This document shows positions 27,682 through 36,271 of a stretch of 45,013 nucleotides of DNA, piece after piece. Positions within the stretch are counted from its first letter, which is position 1; every line of letters begins with the position of its first letter. The stretch is from Methanomassiliicoccaceae archaeon UBA354 (GTDB lineage Archaea > Thermoplasmatota > Thermoplasmata > Methanomassiliicoccales > Methanomethylophilaceae), in NCBI GenBank assembly GCA_002497195.1, contig DAMX01000033.1:5634-50646 (forward strand). Direction: 5' to 3'. Position numbers and translations under genes: made by a program. The notes beneath the pieces were generated by a model. It was not told the DNA's origin. It worked only from the letters and a program-made list of their open reading frames with translations, and did not search any database.

Positions 27682-28263
27682 ATGAAGCTCATTGCGATCA
27701 ACGGCAGCCCTCGCCTTATAGGGAACACGTCCAACATCATCATGGACATGCTCGACATCTTCTCCAGGGAGGGCATCGAGACGGAGCACATCCAGCTGTA
27801 CGCTTACAATTTCATCCCGTGCAATGACTGCAGGTCATGCGAGATGAGGGGCGATGGGAGATGCATCAACGAAGAAGACGGCTTCAACGAACTGCTGGAC
27901 AAGCTGAGGGAGGCCGACGGGATCGTTTTCGCCAGCCCGTCGTACTATGGCGGCGTGACGGGACAGATGAAGATATTCATGGAAAGGGCGGGGCTTTCGC
28001 TCGAAACGGGCGACATGGGCCTGAGGCGCAAGGTCGGAGGCGCCATCGCGGTGGCCGCACACGACGGAGCGTCCGCCGCATATTCCCAGATGGTCAACTT
28101 CATGCTGCGTAACCAGATGGTGGTCTGCGGGTCCACCCCGCACACCACGTTCAGGGCCTTGAACCCGCCACAGTTCTCCGCGGACAAGGATGCAGTCAAA
28201 GCCGTCTCGATATTAGCGGGAGAAATGGTCTGGGCGATGGAGCGTCTCGGTCAGAAGAAGTAA
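27682..28263 (+). CDS. isf: Iron-sulfur flavoprotein (Isf-like, NADPH-dependent FMN reductase/flavodoxin fold)
   Basis: MKLIAINGSPRLIGNTS, the compact Cys motif CNDCRSCEMRGDGRC (CX2CX2CX7C) characteristic of Isf proteins, and FASPSYYGGVTGQMK. The start is set at ATG 27682. Confidence 0.8.
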   Translation: MKLIAINGSPRLIGNTSNIIMDMLDIFSREGIETEHIQLYAYNFIPCNDCRSCEMRGDGRCINEEDGFNELLDKLREADGIVFASPSYYGGVTGQMKIFMERAGLSLETGDMGLRRKVGGAIAVAAHDGASAAYSQMVNFMLRNQMVVCGSTPHTTFRALNPPQFSADKDAVKAVSILAGEMVWAMERLGQKK

Positions 28264-28973
28264 AGTCCGCATCCTTCTTCGACGCAGATCTTGGCTACGG
28301 CCTCCATCCTGTCGACCGGGCCGGAGTACCTGCGGACCATCATCTTTCCCTCTTCGGGCAGCGCCTTCCTTAGGGTCTCGACCTCTTTCAGCAGCTCGGC
28401 GGCCTCTTCGGGGGCGTATATCCTGTGGGAGGCCGCACCCTCGGGCACCGAAGCCGTGATCGCGCATCCATGCTTGGCGGCAATGCCCGGCAGAAGGCTG
28501 TCGTCAGGTCCGAAAGAACCTATGCATCCTCTCCCCTTGTCCCATGAGACCGGACACCTGGCACATGTATCTCTCATCTCATCGAAAGAGATCAGCTCCC
28601 ATTCCGTGGTCCGATTCTCGGGCAGGGAATTCTTCAAAGCTTCTTTCCGGGAATCCTCGCCGAGCCCCTCGAAGTCCACCCATCCGGAGAAGCGTCTCTC
28701 CGAGAGGGGTTCCAGGGCGGCCAGGTCTCCGCCGTCGGTAAGGAGGTCGATATGTACGATGTCCGTGTCCTTGCTGAGCTTGTTCCTCTTGAGGAACGCT
28801 GTCCAGTCGCCAACTGCATCTACGGCGCACTGCTTCGAGACTGTTCGATATATTTCCGCGGCCTCCCCGAACTCCTCGGGGTTCCCCACGAGCACCCTTA
28901 CCGTCTTCAGCTTCATTTCCCTGCAGAGGGCGCTTTGGCACTCCGTCTCCCTGATCGCAATATTGATTCCCAT
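28251..28973 (-). CDS. Hypothetical cytoplasmic Cys-motif protein (240 aa)
   Basis: ORF with Cys pairs ECQSALC, CARCPVSWDKGRGC and CVEEGC, and no TM segment. It starts 12 nt downstream of the preceding membrane-protein gene. Its 3' end overlaps convergent isf by 13 nt. Confidence 0.6.
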   Translation of the reverse strand: MGINIAIRETECQSALCREMKLKTVRVLVGNPEEFGEAAEIYRTVSKQCAVDAVGDWTAFLKRNKLSKDTDIVHIDLLTDGGDLAALEPLSERRFSGWVDFEGLGEDSRKEALKNSLPENRTTEWELISFDEMRDTCARCPVSWDKGRGCIGSFGPDDSLLPGIAAKHGCAITASVPEGAASHRIYAPEEAAELLKEVETLRKALPEEGKMMVRRYSGPVDRMEAVAKICVEEGCGLYFF

Positions 28974-28985
28974 CTCGGATCCACC

Positions 28986-29519
28986 TTATTCGCTGAGCTT
29001 TTCAAGATACTTTTCGCGGTTGCTCTTGTAGACCGCATAAGAAAGTACCATTCTCAGCAACATGATTATCACCAATATTAGCATTATCCCCAAAAAGTTT
29101 AGGGTGAGATCTATACTTTCAAGACCGAATTCGCTATCCGAGAACAACTCGGAAGTGTCGAGCGATACGGGAAAGGCGCCTCCCGGGAACACCAGGAAGA
29201 GCCAAACGATCGAGTATGACAAAGCTATGACCGTGAAAAGGACCTTCGCCTTGTTGCCCTTGACGTAGAAAGACGTCAGGAATGCCAGCACGATCACGGG
29301 AATGCCGTAGATCATGAACCTCCAGACCGTCTCCGTCACGGTGTTGAATATCCCCTCCATCTCGTCGCCCGCGCCCATCGATGCAACCAGGCCTTGCAGG
29401 AACCAGATTATCGCCAGCGGAACCACGACGATGGAAAGGAAGCTCAGCACGCCGGCCAGTATCCCCTTCCCCCAGGAGCCGTGCCTCATGTCCTGCTTGA
29501 GCGTCGTATCTTCGGTCAT
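28986..29519 (-). CDS. Hypothetical integral membrane protein (about 4 TM helices)
   Basis: Hydrophobic segments ILAGVLSFLSIVVVPLAIIWFL, FMIYGIPVIVLAFLTSFY, VLFTVIALSYSIVWLFLVF and LNFLGIMLILVIIMLL. ATG 29519 lies 2 nt after the upstream stop (alternative GTG 29525). Confidence 0.6.
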   Translation of the reverse strand: MTEDTTLKQDMRHGSWGKGILAGVLSFLSIVVVPLAIIWFLQGLVASMGAGDEMEGIFNTVTETVWRFMIYGIPVIVLAFLTSFYVKGNKAKVLFTVIALSYSIVWLFLVFPGGAFPVSLDTSELFSDSEFGLESIDLTLNFLGIMLILVIIMLLRMVLSYAVYKSNREKYLEKLSE

Positions 29520-29521
29520 GG

Positions 29522-30577
29522 TCACACACCTCCCGCTTCCATCACCTGCTTGATAAGGTCGAGCATCTGCGCATACTCCTCCTGCGTAAGCTCGATCACC
29601 TCGGTGTCGGGCGATACGCCGATCTCGATGGTGTAATCTCCCTCGTCATATTGGTCCTGGAGCTCGTCTACGATGTTCACCGTTCCGTCGCCCATCTCTA
29701 CGGAGAATCCGCCGGGCCCGTTCACTATGGTGACATTTATGGCGCCAATGGTCGCCGTGACGTTAAGGTCTGACGGGAGCTGCTCTATCGGCTCGGTCGA
29801 AGTGATTGATATCTGAGTGGCGGCGATGTCCACGTCGGGGGCATCGGTGGTGGACTCGAACACGGCGGTCGCATATACGCTGGCCCCCGCAAGCCCGTAA
29901 AGGTAATTTCCGGAAATGTCAAATCCCATGTAGATGCTCATGGTGTCGCCCGATCCGGTGAGCATTATGAGCGCGCTGTTAAGGCTGTTGATGCTTATGT
30001 CGACGGGCAGGGAACAGGTCTCTCCGGTCTTTATCGTGGTGGGTTCGCTCTCTGCCACCCTGTAGCTCACAGTACCGGTGTCGTTGAGCTGGTCTACTCC
30101 GATCGCTATGTCCATCAGGTCGTACCTGAGGCGGTTGGTTATCGAGATCTCGGTGTACATGTTAGTGGTGATCTCGTTGCTTTCCTTCATTATCATCATC
30201 TGGGTCAGAACCGTGCCGTCGTTGTCTTTGAGGGTCACAGTGGTAACGCCGGGATGCAAAACGGCGTAGGCCTTGACAGCTGTCACAGCCGCGGTCACGC
30301 TGGCATCGTCATCCGGATAGATCGTGGTACCTGGTATCTTCACGCCGGCTTCCGTGTACGCGTCGGCGGGACCCTCGTGATTATCCACGGCATCAGAGAA
30401 ATTGTACTCCAATATCCCGTTGGATTCCGATACTTCGTATGTGCTTTCCGCTTCGAGCTTGATATCCAAAGGCATCTCGCCCGTGTTCTGCGGTATGAAT
30501 CCGAGTGCTACAAAAAGTATGAGTCCGGCGATTGCCAGGGCATAGACGGCGTGCATAATGACGCTGAAGGCCTTCAC
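29522..30577 (-). CDS. Hypothetical N-terminally anchored/exported Thr-rich protein (351 aa)
   Basis: N-terminal hydrophobic helix HAVYALAIAGLILFVALGFI, followed by a Thr/Ser/Asp-rich sequence predicted to be mostly beta. Start is GTG 30577 (alternative ATG 30556). A TATA-like tttaaa lies about 27 nt upstream of the GTG on the - strand. Confidence 0.6.
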   Translation of the reverse strand: MKAFSVIMHAVYALAIAGLILFVALGFIPQNTGEMPLDIKLEAESTYEVSESNGILEYNFSDAVDNHEGPADAYTEAGVKIPGTTIYPDDDASVTAAVTAVKAYAVLHPGVTTVTLKDNDGTVLTQMMIMKESNEITTNMYTEISITNRLRYDLMDIAIGVDQLNDTGTVSYRVAESEPTTIKTGETCSLPVDISINSLNSALIMLTGSGDTMSIYMGFDISGNYLYGLAGASVYATAVFESTTDAPDVDIAATQISITSTEPIEQLPSDLNVTATIGAINVTIVNGPGGFSVEMGDGTVNIVDELQDQYDEGDYTIEIGVSPDTEVIELTQEEYAQMLDLIKQVMEAGGV

Positions 30578-30661
30578 GCTCGTATATCGTGTTGATGCTT
30601 TAAATCATACGGCCTTTGCGATAGGAAAATATGATAACTTGACCGCCGATTAGGGCGTCAG

Positions 30662-31153
30662 ATGTCTGATATAAGGATAAAGAAGAGGAAGAGGATGAGA
30701 GAGAAGGATGCGAAAAATCTTTCGTCCGTTCTCGAAGAGGCGGCGGGCGCACCGGTATTCGGCGAAAGCGATCCGGTCGACACCGCCGAGAGCACAGATT
30801 ACGGCCTGATATTCGTGGGAGGGGACATAATCGGTCTCGTATTCGAAGAGAAGCCGTTCCTGACCATACGGGGGATACTCAGATACAAGCCCGCGAAGCG
30901 CTATGTCACGGTGGACATGGGCGCGGTCCCGTTCATTTCCAACGGCGCAGACGTCATGGGGCCCGGCATCACCGATGCCGACCCGGAGATCGGGGAAGGG
31001 GACATGGTCTGGATACGCGACGTTAAAAACGGCGCCCCCCTCGGAGTGGGCGTCGCCCTCCGCCCGGCGTCGGAACTGTCGGCGAAGATGCCCGGAAAGG
31101 CCGTCAGGACCATACATTATATCGGCGACAAGCTATGGAAGTCCGGCGAGTGA
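30662..31153 (+). CDS. PUA-domain RNA-binding protein (MCT-1/Tma20-like)
   Basis: VTVDMGAVPFISNGADVMGPGITDADPEIGEGDMVWIRDVKNGAPLGVGVAL is a typical PUA core. Length is 163 aa. Confidence 0.75.
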   Translation: MSDIRIKKRKRMREKDAKNLSSVLEEAAGAPVFGESDPVDTAESTDYGLIFVGGDIIGLVFEEKPFLTIRGILRYKPAKRYVTVDMGAVPFISNGADVMGPGITDADPEIGEGDMVWIRDVKNGAPLGVGVALRPASELSAKMPGKAVRTIHYIGDKLWKSGE

Positions 31154-31506
31154 TCGAATTGTTCGGGAACAAGCGCAGAAACACCGAGAGGAAGAAAGTG
31201 TTCGTGGATCTGGAAGGCTACGGCGAACCCGGATATGAACAGGGGACCTGCGTCAAGGCGGTGGAGCTCAGGCATTTCACGGACCTGAAGGCCGTGACGG
31301 ACATGGTGTTCCAGGACAACATACTGATAATCGAGATGTCTCTGTTCTCCGACGGCGAGGAACGCCGCAGAGACGCTGTCGAAGCCATAAGGGCTATGGC
31401 GGACGACAGGGGAGGGCTCTCATCGGAGATTTCCGACCGGGTGATGGTCCTGACGCCGCCCGGCATAGGCATCGACAAATGCCGCATCACCCGAAGGGGG
31501 ATGTGA
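31135..31506 (+). CDS. sepF: Cell division protein SepF (DUF552)
   Basis: VELRHFTDLKAVTDMVFQDNILIIEMSLFS......AVEAIRAMADDRGGLSSEISDRVMVLTPPGIGI matches the SepF core. The true start may be GTG 31150, overlapping the PUA stop. Confidence 0.7.
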   Translation: MEVRRVIELFGNKRRNTERKKVFVDLEGYGEPGYEQGTCVKAVELRHFTDLKAVTDMVFQDNILIIEMSLFSDGEERRRDAVEAIRAMADDRGGLSSEISDRVMVLTPPGIGIDKCRITRRGM

Positions 31507-31508
31507 TA

Positions 31509-32813
31509 ATGGATTTTAAGACCGTCCAAGACCCTCTTCACGGAAGCATTGTGCTGGACGGCGTATTCCTGGGCCTGGCCGACAGGCATGAGATGCAGAG
31601 GCTGCGATCGATAAAACAGCTGGGCATGGGCAGCCTGGTTTTTCCGGGCGCGAACCACACAAGATTCGAGCATTCTTTGGGAGTGTACCACCTATCGGGC
31701 CGTATGGCGTCCTCTCTGGAACTTTCGAAAGAAGAGTCCGATGCTGTGAGGGCGGCAGGAATGCTCCATGACATATGCCACATGCCCTATTCGCACACTC
31801 TGAGCGAGATAGGGGAGATGCGCTTCGGTCTTGACCACATGCAAGCGGCCAGGATGCTGATCGAAGGAAGGCTCAGAACATACAGCGAAAAAGACGAGGA
31901 ACTGTTCGGCGCGGAAGTGCCCATAGCGGAGATGCTGGGGGCAGCCGGGATATCCCCGCGGAAGGTCTGCGACCTGATAGCGTACCCGGAATCTCCCGCC
32001 ATGTGTCTAGAAGCCTTCTCCCAGGAGAACGGCCAGTCCTATTTTACTTCGGGAGATTATCTGCATCAGATAATCCACGGCCCGGTCGACTCGGACCAGA
32101 TGGACTATCTGGTCAGGGATGCCCATTACACCGGGGTCACCCACGGCGCCGTGGATACCGATCGCATAATCTCCATGATGCGCGTCTTCAACGACCGCAT
32201 CGTCCTGAACAGGGGAGGAGTCACTGCCGCAGAGGGGCTTATGGTCTCCAGGTCACTGATGTATACCTCCGTCTATTACCACGAGACGGTGCGCATCGCG
32301 GGTGCGATGCTCAACAAGGCCGTCGAAGCTTCGGACCTGGACCTCCGGGACATGTATCTGATGACGGACTCCGACCTGATATCGTCTCTTGAGGTCCACG
32401 GGGGCAGCGCAAGGAGCATCGTAAGGAATCTTATGAACCGCAGGCTTTACAAAAAGGCAATGGTAGGATACGTGGCAGACCTCTCCCCGGACCAATCCCG
32501 CGATCTGGCACAATATGCGTCTTATGAAGACCGCAAGATGCTGGAACAGGAGATAGCGGACTTGGCAGGAACGGACATCTCGGATGTGGCCGTGGACATA
32601 CCTTCCGAGTCGGCCCTCCTTTCGAAGATCAGTATCGGGAAGACGGACGTTTCGATACTGGATGGTAACAGGGTGCGCAGCATAACAAAGCTGTCGACGA
32701 TCGCAAAGGCCCTGCAGTCACGCGATACCTTCAGATGGGCGGTCCTCGTGTCCTCTCCCAAGGACAAGCGCGATGCGGTCGGGCATGCGGCAAAAAAGAT
32801 ACTGGGGATGTGA
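31509..32813 (+). CDS. HD-superfamily phosphohydrolase (SAMHD1/dNTPase-like, COG1078-type)
   Basis: VQDPLHGSIVLDG....EMQRLRSIKQLGMGSLVFPGANHTRFEHSLGVYHL, then HDICHMPYSH, then DSDQMDYLVRDAHYTGV. The start is set at ATG 31509. Confidence 0.8.
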   Translation: MDFKTVQDPLHGSIVLDGVFLGLADRHEMQRLRSIKQLGMGSLVFPGANHTRFEHSLGVYHLSGRMASSLELSKEESDAVRAAGMLHDICHMPYSHTLSEIGEMRFGLDHMQAARMLIEGRLRTYSEKDEELFGAEVPIAEMLGAAGISPRKVCDLIAYPESPAMCLEAFSQENGQSYFTSGDYLHQIIHGPVDSDQMDYLVRDAHYTGVTHGAVDTDRIISMMRVFNDRIVLNRGGVTAAEGLMVSRSLMYTSVYYHETVRIAGAMLNKAVEASDLDLRDMYLMTDSDLISSLEVHGGSARSIVRNLMNRRLYKKAMVGYVADLSPDQSRDLAQYASYEDRKMLEQEIADLAGTDISDVAVDIPSESALLSKISIGKTDVSILDGNRVRSITKLSTIAKALQSRDTFRWAVLVSSPKDKRDAVGHAAKKILGM

Positions 32814-33060
32814 CGTCATATTCACAATCTGCAGTAATGGGCACCGGGTACCGATAAGAAAAGAGCAGTTCTTGCTTTACTGGAATGCTCCTTCGTCCGT
32901 GAGGTCGGCCTGTATCGGAAGATACGGGCCTCCGGCACAAAATCCGGGCCGCAAAAATAGCATGCAAACGTCCCGCGTTCTAACGGAACCTGAGGGGTCG
33001 GATCATCACCGGCATAATATGTGAAAAATCAAATCAAAATCACCCGGGGACCTAACCGAC

Positions 33061-33678
33061 ATGGATATTATCGGAACTTTGATCCTGGCACTGTTGACCG
33101 TAGTGGCGACCAGCCTTGATGAGGTAGTATTGTTGGCCATGTTCTACGGCACGGCGCCCGCGGGAAAAGCCGGTAGCGAGAGGAGGCGTGCGATCGGGAC
33201 GGGCTACATTGCAGGAAGCATCCTGGCGGTGATGATATCCGCAACGGTGGCGTTGGGACTGGTGCATATTCCCAACGACCGGATGCTGTCATGGATAGGC
33301 CTGATACCCCTGGCAATGGGGATATATGCGCTTGTCCGCCCGAAGGGCGCGAAAGAGGAGCTCGAAGTCGCCGGCACGGTCGCCGCCCACACCAAAGGAT
33401 TCGGACCGGCCACGCAGTTCGCCGTTCTTGCGCTGATTCTAAGCTTCGATGATTTCGGGGTTTATATACCGCTCCTTACAGGCATGGAACTGGGCGAGGC
33501 TATGATAATGATCATCGTTGCGATAGTATGCATTTTCGGCATCGCTCTGGCGGGAAAGCATATCAGCAACGTCCCTTCCGTGAAGAGCATACTGGACAGG
33601 GCCGAGCGCTGGCTCGTCCCGGTGCTTTTCATTGCGATCGGAGCATACACGGTCATCGAAGGGCAGATTGGCCCGTGA
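33061..33678 (+). CDS. CadD-family (cadmium resistance transporter-like) membrane protein
   Basis: 205 aa and polytopic. N-terminus TLILALLTVVATSLDEVVLLAMFYG and the later LSFDDFGVYIPLL resemble the CadD/PF03596 pattern, as recalled from memory. Confidence 0.55.
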   Translation: MDIIGTLILALLTVVATSLDEVVLLAMFYGTAPAGKAGSERRRAIGTGYIAGSILAVMISATVALGLVHIPNDRMLSWIGLIPLAMGIYALVRPKGAKEELEVAGTVAAHTKGFGPATQFAVLALILSFDDFGVYIPLLTGMELGEAMIMIIVAIVCIFGIALAGKHISNVPSVKSILDRAERWLVPVLFIAIGAYTVIEGQIGP

Positions 33679-33687
33679 TCGGGAAGT

Positions 33688-35139
33688 TCATCCTTTTACT
33701 ACGCCGATGGGCGACAGCTTGGCCACCTTGGAGGAGATCCCCGCTCCGCACACGACCTGTATTACCATGTCTATATCCTTGTAGGCTTCCGGAGCCTCTT
33801 CGGTGAGGCCCTCGTCGGACCCGCTGAGAAGCACGATGTCCATGTCGGCCAGGTCCCTCTTTATGTTCGCGGCCGTGTTGCCATGGGATGCGGACTTCCT
33901 CGACATCTTCCTTCCGGCGCCGTGGCATGTCGAACCGAAAGTCTGCTCCATTGCGCCCTTCTGTCCGAGAAGTACGTACGTACCGGAGCTCATATCTCCG
34001 GGTATTATCACGGGCTGGCCCACGTCCCTGTACTTCTGGGTGATCTCTTTCCGTCCTGCCGCGAAAGCTCTGGTGGCGCCCTTCCTGTGGACGACCACTT
34101 CCCTGTTGCTCCCCTCCACGGCATGGGTCTCTTTTTTCGCGATGTTGTGGGCCACGTCGTAGACGAGCCCCATCCCCATATCCTCCGCAGACCGGTCCAT
34201 CACCTTTTCGAAAGACTCTCTGACCCAATGCATTATCATCTGCCGGTTGGCCCAGGCGTAGTTGGCGCCGCAGCACATGGCCTTGTAGTAATCGTCGCCT
34301 GCCTTCGATTTCAGAGGGGCGCACGCAAGCTGCCTGTCGGGAAGGCCGATCTTGTTATCCGAGATGTAGCGTTCCATCTCCTGCAGATAATCCGTGGCGA
34401 TCTGGTGACCGCACCCTCTGGACCCGCAATGCACCGTTATCGTGACGGCCCCCTTCTCGAGTCCGAAGGCCTTGGCGGCCTTCTCGTCGAAGATCTCGTC
34501 GACAACGTCCAGTTCGAGGAAGTGGTTGCCGGACCCGAGGGAGCCCAGCTGGGGAAGCCCCCTCTTCCTGGCCCTGTCGCTGACCAGCGAAGGGTCGGCA
34601 TCCTTCATGCATCCTCCCTCTTCCGTTGTCTCCAGGTCGCTCTCCCATCCGTAGCCGTTCTCGACCGCCCATTCCGAACCGCAGAGGAGGACCTCGTCCA
34701 ATTCTCTGCTGCCGAGTCTGGTGAGGCCTTTGGAACCCAGGCCGGAGGGGACGTTCGCGTAGAGCTCCTCCATAAGGCGTTTCCTGTTCCCGCCTATGTC
34801 CTCTACCGTGAGGTCGGTCTTTATAAGACGCACTCCGCAGTTTATGTCGAAACCTATGCCTCCGGGAGATATGCTCCCCTCGTCCGCGTCCACTGCGGCG
34901 ACGCCTCCGATGGGGAAGCCATATCCCCAGTGTATGTCGGGCATTGCCAGGGAATTACCGACTATGCCGGGGAGGCATGCGACGTTGGCGGCCTGTGCCG
35001 GAGCGTTGTCGGAACGTATCTGAGGGATCATTTCGCTGCTGGCATATATCACGGCATCCGTGCGCATGCAGGCGACTTCGCCCTTGGGTATGCGCCACCT
35101 GTAATCGTCGATCTTTTCGAGGGTGCCGTTCCATGCCAT
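33688..35139 (-). CDS. rtcB: RNA-splicing ligase RtcB
   Basis: 483 aa. Matches are MPDIHWGYGFPIGGVAA, GGIGFDINCGVR, GSLGSGNHFLE, HCGSRGCGHQ and HGAGR. No intein-sized insertion is present. Confidence 0.95.
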   Translation of the reverse strand: MAWNGTLEKIDDYRWRIPKGEVACMRTDAVIYASSEMIPQIRSDNAPAQAANVACLPGIVGNSLAMPDIHWGYGFPIGGVAAVDADEGSISPGGIGFDINCGVRLIKTDLTVEDIGGNRKRLMEELYANVPSGLGSKGLTRLGSRELDEVLLCGSEWAVENGYGWESDLETTEEGGCMKDADPSLVSDRARKRGLPQLGSLGSGNHFLELDVVDEIFDEKAAKAFGLEKGAVTITVHCGSRGCGHQIATDYLQEMERYISDNKIGLPDRQLACAPLKSKAGDDYYKAMCCGANYAWANRQMIMHWVRESFEKVMDRSAEDMGMGLVYDVAHNIAKKETHAVEGSNREVVVHRKGATRAFAAGRKEITQKYRDVGQPVIIPGDMSSGTYVLLGQKGAMEQTFGSTCHGAGRKMSRKSASHGNTAANIKRDLADMDIVLLSGSDEGLTEEAPEAYKDIDMVIQVVCGAGISSKVAKLSPIGVVKG

Positions 35140-35160
35140 AGTTTAACTCCTTAAAAAGTA

Positions 35161-35237
35161 GGGGCCGGGACCGAGATTTGAACCCGAGTCGGGGGATCCA
35201 CAGTCCCCCAGGATAACCAAGCTACCCTATCCCGGCC
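35161..35237 (-). tRNA. tRNA-His (anticodon GUG) with genome-encoded G-1
   Basis: The reverse complement is G-GCCGGGA-UA-GGGU-AGCUUGGUUA-UCCU-G-GGGGA-CUGUGGA-UCCCC-CGAC-UCGGG-UUCAAAU-CUCGG-UCCCGGC-C-CC. It has a 7-bp acceptor stem, the T-loop UUCAAAU, and anticodon loop CU-GUG-GA. An extra 5' G pairs with C73. CC is encoded but not the final A. Confidence 0.9.
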
Positions 35238-35265
35238 ATGTACTGAGCGCTTGATAGATTGAATG

Positions 35266-35274
35266 TACATAAAG
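35266..35274 (-). promoter_or_regulatory. TATA-like element upstream of tRNA-His
   Basis: On the - strand, tttatgta lies about 30-36 nt upstream of the tRNA 5' end. Confidence 0.3.
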
Positions 35275-35356
35275 ATTCTTGCTTGGGGACGTCGGTCATT
35301 CACCGATCGCAGCTTCAGGCACCACCCTTATTATAGGAACAAAATCATCTGAGCCC

Positions 35357-36271
35357 ATGGCCAAGAGGGATCTAATTTCAGTAGTGGACATGCAGGACAA
35401 ATGGCCCGAGCTTGTCGATCTGGCGATACAGATGAAGCAGGAGCGCGGAAACCACGGGGACCCGCTGACAGGAAAGACCCTCGCAATGATATTCGAAAAA
35501 CCCAGTACCCGGACGCGAATATCTTTTGATGTGGCTATCACGGAGCTCGGAGGGCACGCGCTTTACATCGACGAATCCAAGATGCAGATGGACCACGGAG
35601 AGACGGTCGAAGATACGGCAAAGGTCATGAGCAGATTCGTCCACGGGATAATGTACCGTGCAAAGGACTACAAGACCATGGACAAGTTCGGCGAGTTCGC
35701 TTCCGTGCCCGTCATAAGCGGGCTGGACAACCTCGAGCACCCGTGCCAGGCCCTTGCGGACATGGTCACGATCAAAGAGAGGAAAGGCGGATTCCGCGGA
35801 AAGAAGCTCGTCTACCTCGGAGACGGAAACAATGTGTGCAACTCCCTGCTCTACGCCTCGGCGATACTCGGACTGGACATGGTAGCATGCTGCCCCGCCG
35901 TCAGGATGCCCAACGCCGAGATAATGTTGAAGGCCTCACGCATAGCGGACGAGAACGGAAGCAAGATTATCGCGTCCCACGACCCGAAAGAGGCGTGCGT
36001 GGACGCCGACATCCTCTACACGGACACATGGATATCCATGGGTGACGAGACGCCTGTGGAGGAGGCGTTCAGGATATTCAAGATGTACCAGATAAACAGA
36101 GAGCTCCTGGATATCGCCAAGCCCGACTGCATCGTGATGCACTGCCTGCCCGCTCACAGGGGACAGGAGATAGCCTCCGAAGTGATAGACGGCGAACACA
36201 GCGTCATATTCGACCAGGCCGAGAACAGGCTGCACGCTCAGAAGGCGGTGCTCTACATGCTGCTCAAATGA
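35357..36271 (+). CDS. argF: Ornithine carbamoyltransferase
   Basis: FEKPSTRTRISF (carbamoyl-phosphate site), TDTWISMGDE and HCLPAHRGQE (OTCase-specific). The start is set at ATG 35357. Confidence 0.9.
   Translation: MAKRDLISVVDMQDKWPELVDLAIQMKQERGNHGDPLTGKTLAMIFEKPSTRTRISFDVAITELGGHALYIDESKMQMDHGETVEDTAKVMSRFVHGIMYRAKDYKTMDKFGEFASVPVISGLDNLEHPCQALADMVTIKERKGGFRGKKLVYLGDGNNVCNSLLYASAILGLDMVACCPAVRMPNAEIMLKASRIADENGSKIIASHDPKEACVDADILYTDTWISMGDETPVEEAFRIFKMYQINRELLDIAKPDCIVMHCLPAHRGQEIASEVIDGEHSVIFDQAENRLHAQKAVLYMLLK

Noticed and set aside
28986-29110. AT-rich patch at the 3' end of the 4-TM membrane-protein gene, as evidence of horizontal transfer
   Set aside because: It is short and coincides with hydrophobic-helix codons (Ile/Leu/Phe/Met), which lower GC on their own. 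The flanking genes return to the window's general composition. I cannot compute statistics here.
32731-33024. Small ORFs (83 aa on the + strand, 78 aa on the - strand) in the HD-cadD intergenic gap
   Set aside because: They overlap each other and the end of the HD gene. They are Arg/Pro/Ser-rich and have no start context or motif. The region is better described as non-coding, as covered in the finding on 32814-33060.
33883-35154. 423-aa ORF antisense to rtcB
   Set aside because: The sense strand encodes a full-length, motif-perfect RtcB. The antisense product is a repetitive Gly/Arg/Val/Leu-rich sequence with no recognisable features.
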